From contig JBAXOB010000015.1 of the NCBI GenBank assembly GCA_037133475.1, positions 9,460-73,459 on the forward strand: 64,000 nucleotides of DNA. Reading direction: 5' to 3'. Below, in pieces: positions 7,856 through 16,107 of this stretch. A model generated the notes under the pieces. That model saw nothing but the letters and a program-made list of their open reading frames with translations, was not told the origin of the DNA and searched no databases. Each line of letters begins with the position of its first letter. The stretch's first letter is position 1. This stretch comes from Bacteroidota bacterium. GTDB lineage: Bacteria; Bacteroidota; Bacteroidia; Bacteroidales; FEN-979. The translations under genes and the position numbers were made by a program.

Positions 7856-8545
7856 ATGGAAGCATCCATAAAAGAGCCCAAAACAATGAATCTGCTCCCG
7901 CAGCTCGACTGCGGCGCCTGCGGATATAAGACCTGCGGTGAATTTGCCCAGGCTGTCGATAACACCGAAACCACCCTGAAAATGTGCATTCATGTGAAGC
8001 ACAACGGCACCTCCGTAAAAAACGTAATCGACCTGATCAACAGCAAGGAGACTGTGTCGGTAGGAGAAAAAATGGGATGGAAGGACCATCTGAAGCGCGA
8101 TTTTGACTTCATCCTCGACTGTTTCGAGAATGAACCCGGTCCCCGCGAAACCATCCTCCCCTATAATCCCGCACTGGTGAAGGAGCTGAATGTAAAGAAG
8201 GGCGATGTCATGATCGGTCGCCCGATGGGGATGTCGTGCGGTTGCCCGATCACCCATTGCGGCGTGGTTACCGATTCAGACCCCCGCAACGGCGTCATCA
8301 ACTGGTGCGTCACAGGTCCTCTCAGGCCCAGGTCGGAAGGTTTCGTCGACATTGGTTATTATGTTGCCCAGGGTTATGAAGGCATTATCAAGGATTCGAA
8401 GGAGAAGATCGAGCTGGGACGCAGGTACTGGTTCATGCCCCGCAGGTGTATGCTTCAATGGCGTCACAGCGGCCTTGTCAATGCCGTCACCAAGATGAAA
8501 GACGGGAGTTACAAAGTCAGGATTGAGGGTCTATTTATCGGCTAG
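7856..8545 (+). CDS. (Fe-S)-binding protein with RnfB-type N-terminal 4Fe-4S domain and a Cys-containing C-terminal domain
   Basis: LPQLDCGACGYKTCGEFAQAV...KMC gives C-x2-C-x4-C-x16-C, as in the RnfB N-terminal / PF04060 'FeS' domain. The C-terminal domain carries GMSCGCPITHCG. An alternative start is M11 (7886, MNLLPQLDCG). Confidence 0.75.
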   Translation: MEASIKEPKTMNLLPQLDCGACGYKTCGEFAQAVDNTETTLKMCIHVKHNGTSVKNVIDLINSKETVSVGEKMGWKDHLKRDFDFILDCFENEPGPRETILPYNPALVKELNVKKGDVMIGRPMGMSCGCPITHCGVVTDSDPRNGVINWCVTGPLRPRSEGFVDIGYYVAQGYEGIIKDSKEKIELGRRYWFMPRRCMLQWRHSGLVNAVTKMKDGSYKVRIEGLFIG

Positions 8546-8656
8546 GGTTCTCCTGGCTTATAAAAATACTGTCCGGTGCTGAATATTGGCTGGTTAGAAA
8601 TGGGTTAACGGATACTTCCCGGCGAACCGGAAGGAGGCTGGTTCCCTGGGAGACTC

Positions 8657-9958
8657 CTATTGCTTTCCCAGGGTATACCTCCCATTAACCCTGAGAAGTT
8701 TCCAGCCTGTCGCGGGTTTCAGCTTCCATCCCCTGCCCTCAGCCAGGGAGTCGGCAACCCGCCGTGGCGCTGCTACTGAAACATGTTTCCAGTCGGAACT
8801 GATCAGCGCACCGCAACTGTCAACTTCAAGGATTCCCCAAACATCGGTGATCCTCAGGTTGGGATAGACTGTTCCCAGCGAATCGAGCGGCACCAGGTTG
8901 CCGGGTGAAAAGCCCACCCCCATGTGGACGGACTGTATGGTCAGTACGCTGTCGCCCAGGAACATATCCCGGTACCGTTTCACCTGTTCCAATCGTATTA
9001 ATTCCCTTGCGTTTTCAATTGCGATTATTGAGTCGACCTTATAAAGTTTGCCGACTGACATAACCTCCTTTGACGAGGGAATCGCAGAACCGGCATTGAA
9101 AAAAGCCAGGAGAAACCCTGTCAGGTCTGTTTTTTGTTTGATTTTCAGGTTCCATGTTGAAACGGATTGCTGCATGAAATAACCGTAGACGGGCAAGGTG
9201 AAATAGGCAAAAGAGCGGACAAAGGTGTTAAGGTCATAAAACCAGTCGAGCTGGGAAGCATCATGTCGTTTAAATGCTTCAAAATTCCATCCGCTCAGGA
9301 CATTCCCGGTATACTCGGCGAGTCCTTCATTCATTTCGAGGGCGTTTTCATTCGTACGTGAACCCGGGAACAGGTGTTGCCGGTATTTCCTGAACATCAG
9401 CGCATGGGCAACATGGGGCGCCGGATTATCAGACCGTATCGCCTCCTTCAGCGCTTCAATCTCCATTTTCAACCAGGTCCGCCCCTCCCTTGTATCGAGA
9501 TGGGTGCACGATGCACCGGCCAGATTCTTAAACCCAACCTCAGGCTGGATCCGGTGAAAAGATTCATGGACCAGTACATTTATTTTTTCTGACTGCGTCA
9601 GGTCCAGGGGCCATCTGACCATGGTCCACCTCCGGCCATTCCATTCAACGGCAGAATTAGATATGATAAGGTTTTCAGGGAACAACCCCGCATAAATATC
9701 ACCGTGAAGCACCAGTGTCCTCTTTTTGTCGGGCATGTTTGCCAGCGCCAACCGTGTTCCCGGGTTGATCAGCAAGACCGGCCCCACCATTTTATGACGC
9801 CAAAGCCGGCCATTATCCTGTTTCAAAACCGCATCCAGCGCCGAGAACGCTTGTCGGGCCTGGTCAACCGTACTGTCGGAGAGCCGGTACCGCTGGCCGT
9901 AACAGCTGACGTTGCAAAGTAACACCAGCAAAACAACATAGAATCGCAGATACCCCAT
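8657..9958 (-). CDS. secreted gluzincin-like putative metallopeptidase (HExxH)
   Basis: Signal peptide (VVLLVLLCNVSCYGQ). HESFH motif in VLVHESFHRIQ, and a downstream NEGLAEY block reminiscent of the third-ligand Glu helix of MA-clan gluzincins. The family was not recognised. Confidence 0.55.
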   Translation of the reverse strand: MGYLRFYVVLLVLLCNVSCYGQRYRLSDSTVDQARQAFSALDAVLKQDNGRLWRHKMVGPVLLINPGTRLALANMPDKKRTLVLHGDIYAGLFPENLIISNSAVEWNGRRWTMVRWPLDLTQSEKINVLVHESFHRIQPEVGFKNLAGASCTHLDTREGRTWLKMEIEALKEAIRSDNPAPHVAHALMFRKYRQHLFPGSRTNENALEMNEGLAEYTGNVLSGWNFEAFKRHDASQLDWFYDLNTFVRSFAYFTLPVYGYFMQQSVSTWNLKIKQKTDLTGFLLAFFNAGSAIPSSKEVMSVGKLYKVDSIIAIENARELIRLEQVKRYRDMFLGDSVLTIQSVHMGVGFSPGNLVPLDSLGTVYPNLRITDVWGILEVDSCGALISSDWKHVSVAAPRRVADSLAEGRGWKLKPATGWKLLRVNGRYTLGKQ

Positions 9959-9991
9959 ACGATCAGGACTATAAAAAAACTTTCAATCCCC

Positions 9992-11329
9992 TCAGTCGTG
10001 GATGCAACGCACCGACAACTCCGTGGTCTTAAGCGCAAACCCGCTGCCAACGCCCGCTGTGAAATAGGAAAGGGCTATGCTCCAGCCATTATTCATATCC
10101 ATGGAATAGGAGGACCAGAAACTGGTATATTTCCAGAGCTGGGCCGAGATCCCGTTGTCCCTCATTCCGGCCGCGAGGGCTGTAAATCCGCTGCTGTTGT
10201 CGGCCCCGGCATTGGGCGAAAGCCAATGATCGTAATGGGCCTCCTTGAGTTTTCCACCGGCAATCGAATCAGGCCCCAGGAAACCCAGCATGGTCGCCAT
10301 CTCCGTATTGGTCGGGACATGCCAGCCGGGCGGGCAAATTCCCCTTGCTCCCGGTGTTGTCGTGTATTTCATCATTTCATTCCAGGGATACAGCGCGCCA
10401 TAGACCTCACAATTATTTTCCTGGTCATCATAACAGTACTTTTCAATAATCCCGTTGTCCGAAGCGATCTGGCTGGTATCCAGCTTCGTACCGATGTTGA
10501 GATTTTCGCGGAACCAGCATTGGGTCCCTATGGCAACCGTATGATAGCCGTGTTTGCCGTAGCGCACAGATGTAACGGCACACGAATGAGCCGTATGGGT
10601 GAAATCAAACGACAAGGTCGTATCAGCCCCGGGGCAAGGCGTAAGGATGGTGGCGCTAAGTGTGCCGTGATAGCCTGTAAATTCAAGGTTGTTGCAGGTA
10701 TCCCAGACGAAATTATTGTGCGCCCGGGCCGATTTCAACGCGGGGGGTGCATTGATTGTCCCCAGGAAGGCCAGGCGGTTAGCCTTGGCGACATCCGGGG
10801 CATCTGAAATTATTTTAATGCTTTTCATCCCTGCATGCCCATGAGCAGTGAAAATAAAGATCCCGGTATGTCCCGGCGAGAAAAGAAAGGAATAATATCC
10901 GCGCCCCAGTTCCTGTTGAAGACCGGCAACCTGTGCACCTGTTGTTAAGGTAACGGAGATATTGAGCATCCCCGGTCCAGGCTGGAAAACGGTAATTTTC
11001 GTATCAGTCCCGGCAGGATTCGGAATATTCGGAAATACCTGCAACGCTTGAGCATCTCCGCTCAACTCGTCGATCCCGGGTCCCCAGCATGGGGATAATG
11101 CAAATGAAAACAGGGAATCAGGCCACTTCACGGTCGTATCACATAAGCGGTCGAGGTTTCTGACCCTGACACTGTCGGTTTTTGCAAAGATCCCGTTGTC
11201 GGCCCCTGTGAAGGTCAGCCTGCGGACGGTTCGCTGGGAAAAGGCAACCGTGGCCAACATCACTAAGGAACAAACAATTACAAATTTCTTCCTATTCATC
11301 TGCTTAATATTTAACATTTTTTTGCGCAT
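9992..11329 (-). CDS. FISUMP-domain (Fibrobacter succinogenes major paralogous domain) secreted protein
   Basis: C-terminal YHTVAIGTQCWFRENLN...CYDDQENNCEVYGALYPWNEMM...ICPPGWHVPTNTEMATM...GGKLKE...NSSGFTALAAGMR...FWSS is the classic TIGR02145 pattern. The likely true start is M11 (11299, MNRKKFVIVCSLVMLATVAFSQ). Confidence 0.8.
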   Translation of the reverse strand: MRKKMLNIKQMNRKKFVIVCSLVMLATVAFSQRTVRRLTFTGADNGIFAKTDSVRVRNLDRLCDTTVKWPDSLFSFALSPCWGPGIDELSGDAQALQVFPNIPNPAGTDTKITVFQPGPGMLNISVTLTTGAQVAGLQQELGRGYYSFLFSPGHTGIFIFTAHGHAGMKSIKIISDAPDVAKANRLAFLGTINAPPALKSARAHNNFVWDTCNNLEFTGYHGTLSATILTPCPGADTTLSFDFTHTAHSCAVTSVRYGKHGYHTVAIGTQCWFRENLNIGTKLDTSQIASDNGIIEKYCYDDQENNCEVYGALYPWNEMMKYTTTPGARGICPPGWHVPTNTEMATMLGFLGPDSIAGGKLKEAHYDHWLSPNAGADNSSGFTALAAGMRDNGISAQLWKYTSFWSSYSMDMNNGWSIALSYFTAGVGSGFALKTTELSVRCIHD

Positions 11330-11545
11330 GAGCCCCGGGTAACCCGATCCGGATTCACCTCAGGATATCACCCCTGATCTTCGATAAATGTGCCCATGCC
11401 GGGCCTCTTTGCTTTCGTGTTCCAGGTATATGATACCATGACAATTCACTGATCAAATGTACGGAATTTGGGGAGGATACAAGTTCGGACGACCACATTT
11501 TTTTCGCACTGACTGACAATCTCCATCTGCATTTTCAATATTTTC

Positions 11546-12220
11546 ATGAGGAAATGGCCGGAACTTTTATCTTTGCTGTTTTTTTTAACCAAATACAACA
11601 TTGACTTGAATTCAAAAACCGATAACCTGTTCCCGGTACATCACGAGATACTTAACAGGAAAGAAAAGGAGGCGCTGCTCAGGCAACGGTCTGTTGTTTT
11701 GTGGCTTACAGGATTTTCCGGAGCCGGTAAGACAACCATTGCAAAACATCTTGAAGTGGAACTTTACAGCATGGGATATCTGACCCAGATTCTCGATGGG
11801 GACAACATCCGCACCGGAGTTAACAACAACCTCGGATTTTCCGACAGTGACCGGTATGAGAACATCCGCAGGATCTCTGAAATCTCAAAATTATTTTTTC
11901 ATTGCGGCATTATCACTATAAACTGTTTTATCAGCCCTACTGAGGATATCAGGGAGCTGGCGCGCAAAATCATAGGGAAGGATGACCTGGTGGAAATATT
12001 CGTCAACGCCCCCCTGGATGTCTGTGAATACCGCGATGTCAAGGGGCTCTACTCAAAAGCCCGGAGGGGTGAGATCAAAGAATTTACAGGCATTACTTCG
12101 CCTTTTGAACCGCCAAGGCATACCGATATCGAAATCCGCACCGACCAGCTTTCCATAGAAGAATCTGTCAGGAAGATCCTGGACTTCATTCTTCCCCGCA
12201 TTGAATACAGCACGGTATAA
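11546..12220 (+). CDS. cysC: adenylyl-sulfate (APS) kinase
   Basis: VVLWLTGFSGAGKTTIA P-loop, LDGDNIR, LGFSDSDRYENIRRISE, FISP. The roughly 40-aa N-terminal extension is atypical, so the start is uncertain (in-frame TTG at 11606). Confidence 0.85.
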   Translation: MRKWPELLSLLFFLTKYNIDLNSKTDNLFPVHHEILNRKEKEALLRQRSVVLWLTGFSGAGKTTIAKHLEVELYSMGYLTQILDGDNIRTGVNNNLGFSDSDRYENIRRISEISKLFFHCGIITINCFISPTEDIRELARKIIGKDDLVEIFVNAPLDVCEYRDVKGLYSKARRGEIKEFTGITSPFEPPRHTDIEIRTDQLSIEESVRKILDFILPRIEYSTV

Positions 12221-12233
12221 ACCCCGAATCACC

Positions 12234-12343
12234 GCATTCCCGAATTCCTGCATTCCTGCATTCCCGCATTCCTGCATTTCTGCATTCCCGCATTCCTGCA
12301 TTCCTGCATTCCTGCATTCCTGCATTCCTGCATTCCCGCATTA
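12234..12343. repeat. 8-bp microsatellite (GCATTCCY), about 13.5 tandem units
   Basis: Counted directly: gcattccc gaattcct gcattcct gcattccc gcattcct gcatttct gcattccc then gcattcct x5, gcattccc, gcatta. It fills essentially the whole spacer between the cysC stop (12220) and the SPFH stop (12345). Confidence 0.95.
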
Positions 12344-12344
12344 C

Positions 12345-13232
12345 TTAAACAGGCGCATACTTGGTATCCGGTTTATCCCTGATCGGGATGATCCCGGCCA
12401 TTTCGCCCAGGACATTAACCAGGTCGGATCCGGCCGGAACCACAATTTTCGAATTATCTTTCAGGGAGGTCTCCAGCGCCTGGATTTTCCGAAGAATCTG
12501 GGCATTCCCGATAAAATATTTCTCCGCAGCTTCATTAACCAGTGCGATGGCCTGGGCCTCCCCTTCAGCCCTGAGGATCTGACCCTGTTTTACCCCTTCC
12601 GCACGGCGGATTTCGGCGCGTTTCTCCCCGTCGGCCTTGGTTTCGGCAGCGGTGGCATAATCGATGGCGGCAATTTTTTCATTTTCCGCCTTGACAATCT
12701 TGTTCATGGTTTCCTGAACATCTTTCGGCGGGTCAATTTCCTTTAGTTCAGTCCTGACAATCTGGATTCCCCAGTTTTTGGTTTCATCAAGCAGGGTGCC
12801 GTGCAACTCCTTGTTGATCTTGCCGCGTTCGCTGTTGGCCGATTTCAGCGTCATGGTGCCGATAATGTTACGCAGGGTGGTCCGCGCCAGGTTCACAATC
12901 TGGTATTCAATATTGTTGACATTATATTGCGAATTCTTCACGCTCTCCTCGTCGCTGGTAATTTTGAAATAGACCTGCGCGTCAACCTTGGCATTCAGGT
13001 TGTCATTGGTGATAATCTCCTGCGGTTCGGCATTGATCATTTTTTCGGTGATGTTTACCTGGTACATCAGGTCAATGCCCGGCATGATCCAGTGAAAACC
13101 CGGGTTGGCAAAACGGTTGTACTTGCCGAAACGTTCAATAAGTCCGCGGTGGGTAGGCCTGACAATTCTAACCCCTGAGAAAAAGAACAGTCCGACAGCA
13201 CCAACAATGATCAGAATCAAAACATTGTTCAT
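12345..13232 (-). CDS. SPFH/Band 7 (stomatin/prohibitin-like) membrane protein
   Basis: N-terminal TM segment (ILIIVGAVGLFFFSG), then VRIVRPTHRGLIERFGKY...GFHWIMPGID...DPPKDVQETMNKIVKAENEK, and an Ala/Glu-rich coiled tail. Confidence 0.85.
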   Translation of the reverse strand: MNNVLILIIVGAVGLFFFSGVRIVRPTHRGLIERFGKYNRFANPGFHWIMPGIDLMYQVNITEKMINAEPQEIITNDNLNAKVDAQVYFKITSDEESVKNSQYNVNNIEYQIVNLARTTLRNIIGTMTLKSANSERGKINKELHGTLLDETKNWGIQIVRTELKEIDPPKDVQETMNKIVKAENEKIAAIDYATAAETKADGEKRAEIRRAEGVKQGQILRAEGEAQAIALVNEAAEKYFIGNAQILRKIQALETSLKDNSKIVVPAGSDLVNVLGEMAGIIPIRDKPDTKYAPV

Positions 13233-13272
13233 AATGATTTTGTTTAAGGTTTATACTCAAAATATGTTCTAA

Positions 13273-13280
13273 CAAACTTA
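13273..13280 (-). promoter_or_regulatory. candidate -7 box (TAAGTTTG) for the SPFH gene
   Basis: TAnnTTTG match on the minus strand, about 40 nt upstream of the ATG at 13232. Confidence 0.3.
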
Positions 13281-13338
13281 GTGAAATTCTCCCAGCAATC
13301 AATTTTTGAGATATAAATAAAGTAATCATAATTTTTTA

Positions 13339-13346
13339 TATTTTTG
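13339..13346 (+). promoter_or_regulatory. candidate -7 box (TATTTTTG) for the 13372 gene
   Basis: TAnnTTTG match 25 nt upstream of the ATG at 13372. Confidence 0.35.
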
Positions 13347-13371
13347 CCCATAACAATAAATGTAAATTGTC

Positions 13372-15036
13372 ATGGTTAACAGGCTGATCGCACTGATATC
13401 AATTTCCGGAATTCTTTTGTTGATAGTTACTGGCTGCCATTTTAGCCAGCCCTCAAACACCATAACTGTAAATCCGGATGATTCAGCCATCCGGGCAAAA
13501 ATCAATGCGTTTGTCAAGGTGCCGCTTACCACCGACCTCACGAAACTTTCTGCCAGGGAAAAACAGATGATCCCTTTGCTGATAGATGTTGCCAAAATCA
13601 TGGATGATCTCTATTGGGAACAGGTGATCGGGAATAAACAAAAGTTCTTTGACACCATCCGGGATTCAACAATACGTGAATTTGCCGCGATCAACTACGG
13701 CCCTTGGGAACGGCTTAACGGCAACCAGCCATTTATCCCCGGTTTCGGTCCCAAGCCCTCCGGGGCCAACCTCTACCCGGCCGATATGACGCGCGGGGAG
13801 TTCGAAAAATGGAATAACAAGGATAAAACAAGCCAATACTCCATCATCGGCAGGAACGACGATCACAGCCTGCAGAACATCTGGTATCATGAAGCCTTCC
13901 GGGATCAGCTCACACAAGCCTCGGCGCTGATGAAAAAAGCCGCTGCACTGGCTGAAGACCCGGGGCTGAAACTTTACCTGGAACAGCGCTCTGCTGCCCT
14001 GGTTACCGATGATTATTTTGCGAGTGATATGGCCTGGATGGACATGAAAAACAACACCCTTGATTTTGTGGTCGGTCCGATTGAAAACTACGAAGATGAA
14101 CTTTTCGGCCACAAGGCAGCCTTTGAATCAGCATTGCTGGTAAAAGACAAGGAATGGAGCCTGAAATTATCCAGGTTTTCAAAATTCCTTCCCGAGCTTC
14201 AGTCATCGTTGCCGGTTGAGCCTAAATATAAGAAAGAAAAACCCGGCACTGATTCCGACCTGAATGCCTACGACATCATCTATGTTTCAGGTCATTCCAA
14301 CGCCGGGAGCAAAACCATAGCCATCAACCTGCCGAACGACGAAAAAGTACAATTGGCCAAGGGTTCCCGCCGTCTGCAGTTAAAAAACGCCATGCGCGCC
14401 AAATTTGACAACATACTGGTCCCCATCTCGAAAGTCCTGATTGACTCTGCCCAGCGCGCCAACATCAGGTTTGACGCATTTTTTTCGAATGTCATGTTTC
14501 ATGAAGTAGCCCACGGACTGGGGATTAAAAACACCATTACCGGTAAAGGAGGTGTTCGCGAAGCTCTCAAAGAAAAATTCTCCTCCTTTGAGGAGGCAAA
14601 AGCGGATATTCTTGGCCTCTTTATGGCTACCCAGTTAATCAGGAAGGGAGAAATCAAAGACATTACCGCGGAAGATTGTTTTGTAACCTACATGGCAGGG
14701 CTGATCCGCTCGGTTCGTTTCGGGGCAGCCAGTGCGCACGGAAAAGCCAACATGATGTGTTTCAATTTTTTTGCAGCCCAGGGGGCGTTTGAACGCAGCA
14801 AATCGGGCATCTACAAAGTCAACTTTACGAAAATCGGCGAAGCTGCTGGTAAATGGGCCGCCATCGTTCTGAAATTTGAAGGCGACGGCGATTATGACGG
14901 CGCAAAAAAATATCTTGATGAAAACGGAACATTAGGTGAAACACTGAAAACCGATATCGAAAAACTTAAATCCGCCAATATCCCGCTGGATATCGTCTAC
15001 CGCCAGGGTGTTGACGTACTGGGTCTGAACCAATAA
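13372..15036 (+). CDS. Zn-dependent hydrolase, dipeptidyl-peptidase III (M49)-like lipoprotein
   Basis: Lipobox LLLIVTGC. Zinc motifs MFHEVAHGLG and FEEAKADILGL resemble the HExxxH...EExxAE/D arrangement of M49/NUDT3-C-terminal-type hydrolases. Confidence 0.65.
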   Translation: MVNRLIALISISGILLLIVTGCHFSQPSNTITVNPDDSAIRAKINAFVKVPLTTDLTKLSAREKQMIPLLIDVAKIMDDLYWEQVIGNKQKFFDTIRDSTIREFAAINYGPWERLNGNQPFIPGFGPKPSGANLYPADMTRGEFEKWNNKDKTSQYSIIGRNDDHSLQNIWYHEAFRDQLTQASALMKKAAALAEDPGLKLYLEQRSAALVTDDYFASDMAWMDMKNNTLDFVVGPIENYEDELFGHKAAFESALLVKDKEWSLKLSRFSKFLPELQSSLPVEPKYKKEKPGTDSDLNAYDIIYVSGHSNAGSKTIAINLPNDEKVQLAKGSRRLQLKNAMRAKFDNILVPISKVLIDSAQRANIRFDAFFSNVMFHEVAHGLGIKNTITGKGGVREALKEKFSSFEEAKADILGLFMATQLIRKGEIKDITAEDCFVTYMAGLIRSVRFGAASAHGKANMMCFNFFAAQGAFERSKSGIYKVNFTKIGEAAGKWAAIVLKFEGDGDYDGAKKYLDENGTLGETLKTDIEKLKSANIPLDIVYRQGVDVLGLNQ

Positions 15037-15048
15037 ACCTGCCTGCCC

Positions 15049-16056
15049 ATGAAAACAGAAGAGATCACCTCCCCTGCCCTGCTGATGGAAATGGCCAATG
15101 CCTTCCGGGTTAGCCGGATCATCCTGACTGCCAACGAGCTGGGCGTTTTTGATTTATTATCAGGAGATGGCGCTACTTCCAGTCTCGTTGCTGCCACCCT
15201 GAATACAGATGTGCGTGCCACCGACCGCCTGCTGAATGCGCTGGTTTCGGTCGGGCTCTTAAACAAGCAGGGTGAATGTTACCGCAATACCGGTTTTGCC
15301 GGTAAATTCCTGGTAACTACTGCACCGGCCTATCTTGGAGGCCTCTCTCTTGCCAGCCAGACCTGGAGAACCTGGAGTACCCTCACCGAGGCGGTGCGGC
15401 AGGGTACTACGGTAGCCATGAGCGCCCATATCAACGAACGTACCGACACCTGGAAAGAGTCGTTCATCGCCGCGATGCATGCACGGGCAGGAAAACAGGC
15501 TGTTGAAACTGCCGACGCGCTCGACCTTTCTTCAACCGGAAAGGTACTGGATGTCGGCGGCGGATCAGGAGCCTTTGCCTTTGCCATGATCCGCCGGAAT
15601 CCATTCATCCGGGCCACCATTTTCGATTTACCCAATATTATCCCGATTACCGAAAGATACATTGCACAATCGGGGCTTTCTGACAAGGTGGACACTGTTA
15701 CGGGCGATTATCTCGCTGACGACCTGGGAAAGGATTACGACCTGGCGCTGATGTCGGCCATTATCCATATCAATTCACCGGAAGAAAACATCCTGCTCAT
15801 CAGGAAAGGCGCCGCGGCGCTTAATCCCGGCGGTCAGCTGGTCATACTGGATCATATCATGAGCGCCGACCGCACCGAACCTGCAGTTGGGGCTATTTTC
15901 GCCCTGAACATGCTGGTGGGCACCCTCCATGGCGACACCTATACCCGCGACGAGATCAGCGGATGGATGGAAGCCGCCGGGTTAACCGATATAGTTTTAA
16001 AGGAAACCCCTTCGGGAGTTCAGCTGATGACAGGCAGGAAACCGGCCGGCGCATAA
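15049..16056 (+). CDS. class I SAM-dependent O-methyltransferase (Methyltransf_2 type with N-terminal dimerisation/wHTH domain)
   Basis: SAM motif I VLDVGGGSGAFAFAM, an acidic residue after beta-2 (TIFDLP), and LVILDHIM. The overall layout resembles plant or bacterial small-molecule OMTs. Confidence 0.8.
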   Translation: MKTEEITSPALLMEMANAFRVSRIILTANELGVFDLLSGDGATSSLVAATLNTDVRATDRLLNALVSVGLLNKQGECYRNTGFAGKFLVTTAPAYLGGLSLASQTWRTWSTLTEAVRQGTTVAMSAHINERTDTWKESFIAAMHARAGKQAVETADALDLSSTGKVLDVGGGSGAFAFAMIRRNPFIRATIFDLPNIIPITERYIAQSGLSDKVDTVTGDYLADDLGKDYDLALMSAIIHINSPEENILLIRKGAAALNPGGQLVILDHIMSADRTEPAVGAIFALNMLVGTLHGDTYTRDEISGWMEAAGLTDIVLKETPSGVQLMTGRKPAGA

Positions 16057-16107
16057 TTCTCAACGGGTACGATTCCCGTCTTTCAGAAAAACAGGGAAAA
16101 ATCCAAC

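Noticed and set aside
6091-8257. Long antisense ORFs opposite nifS and the Fe-S protein gene (6091..6795, 7071..7397, 7574..8257).
   Set aside because: They show no recognisable motifs, have a biased Arg/Gly/His-rich composition typical of antisense frames, and are fully embedded opposite genes with strong family signatures.
12234-12343. Possibility that the tandem repeat is a CRISPR array.
   Set aside because: The units are 8 bp and directly abutting with no spacers, and no cas genes are in the window.
12053-12746. ORFs reading through the octamer repeat (MQECGNAGMQECGNA... and ...SCIPAFPHSCISAFPH...).
   Set aside because: The 8-aa periodicity is simply the 8-bp DNA repeat read in three phases. 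The remaining parts overlap the cysC 3' end or run antisense to the SPFH gene.
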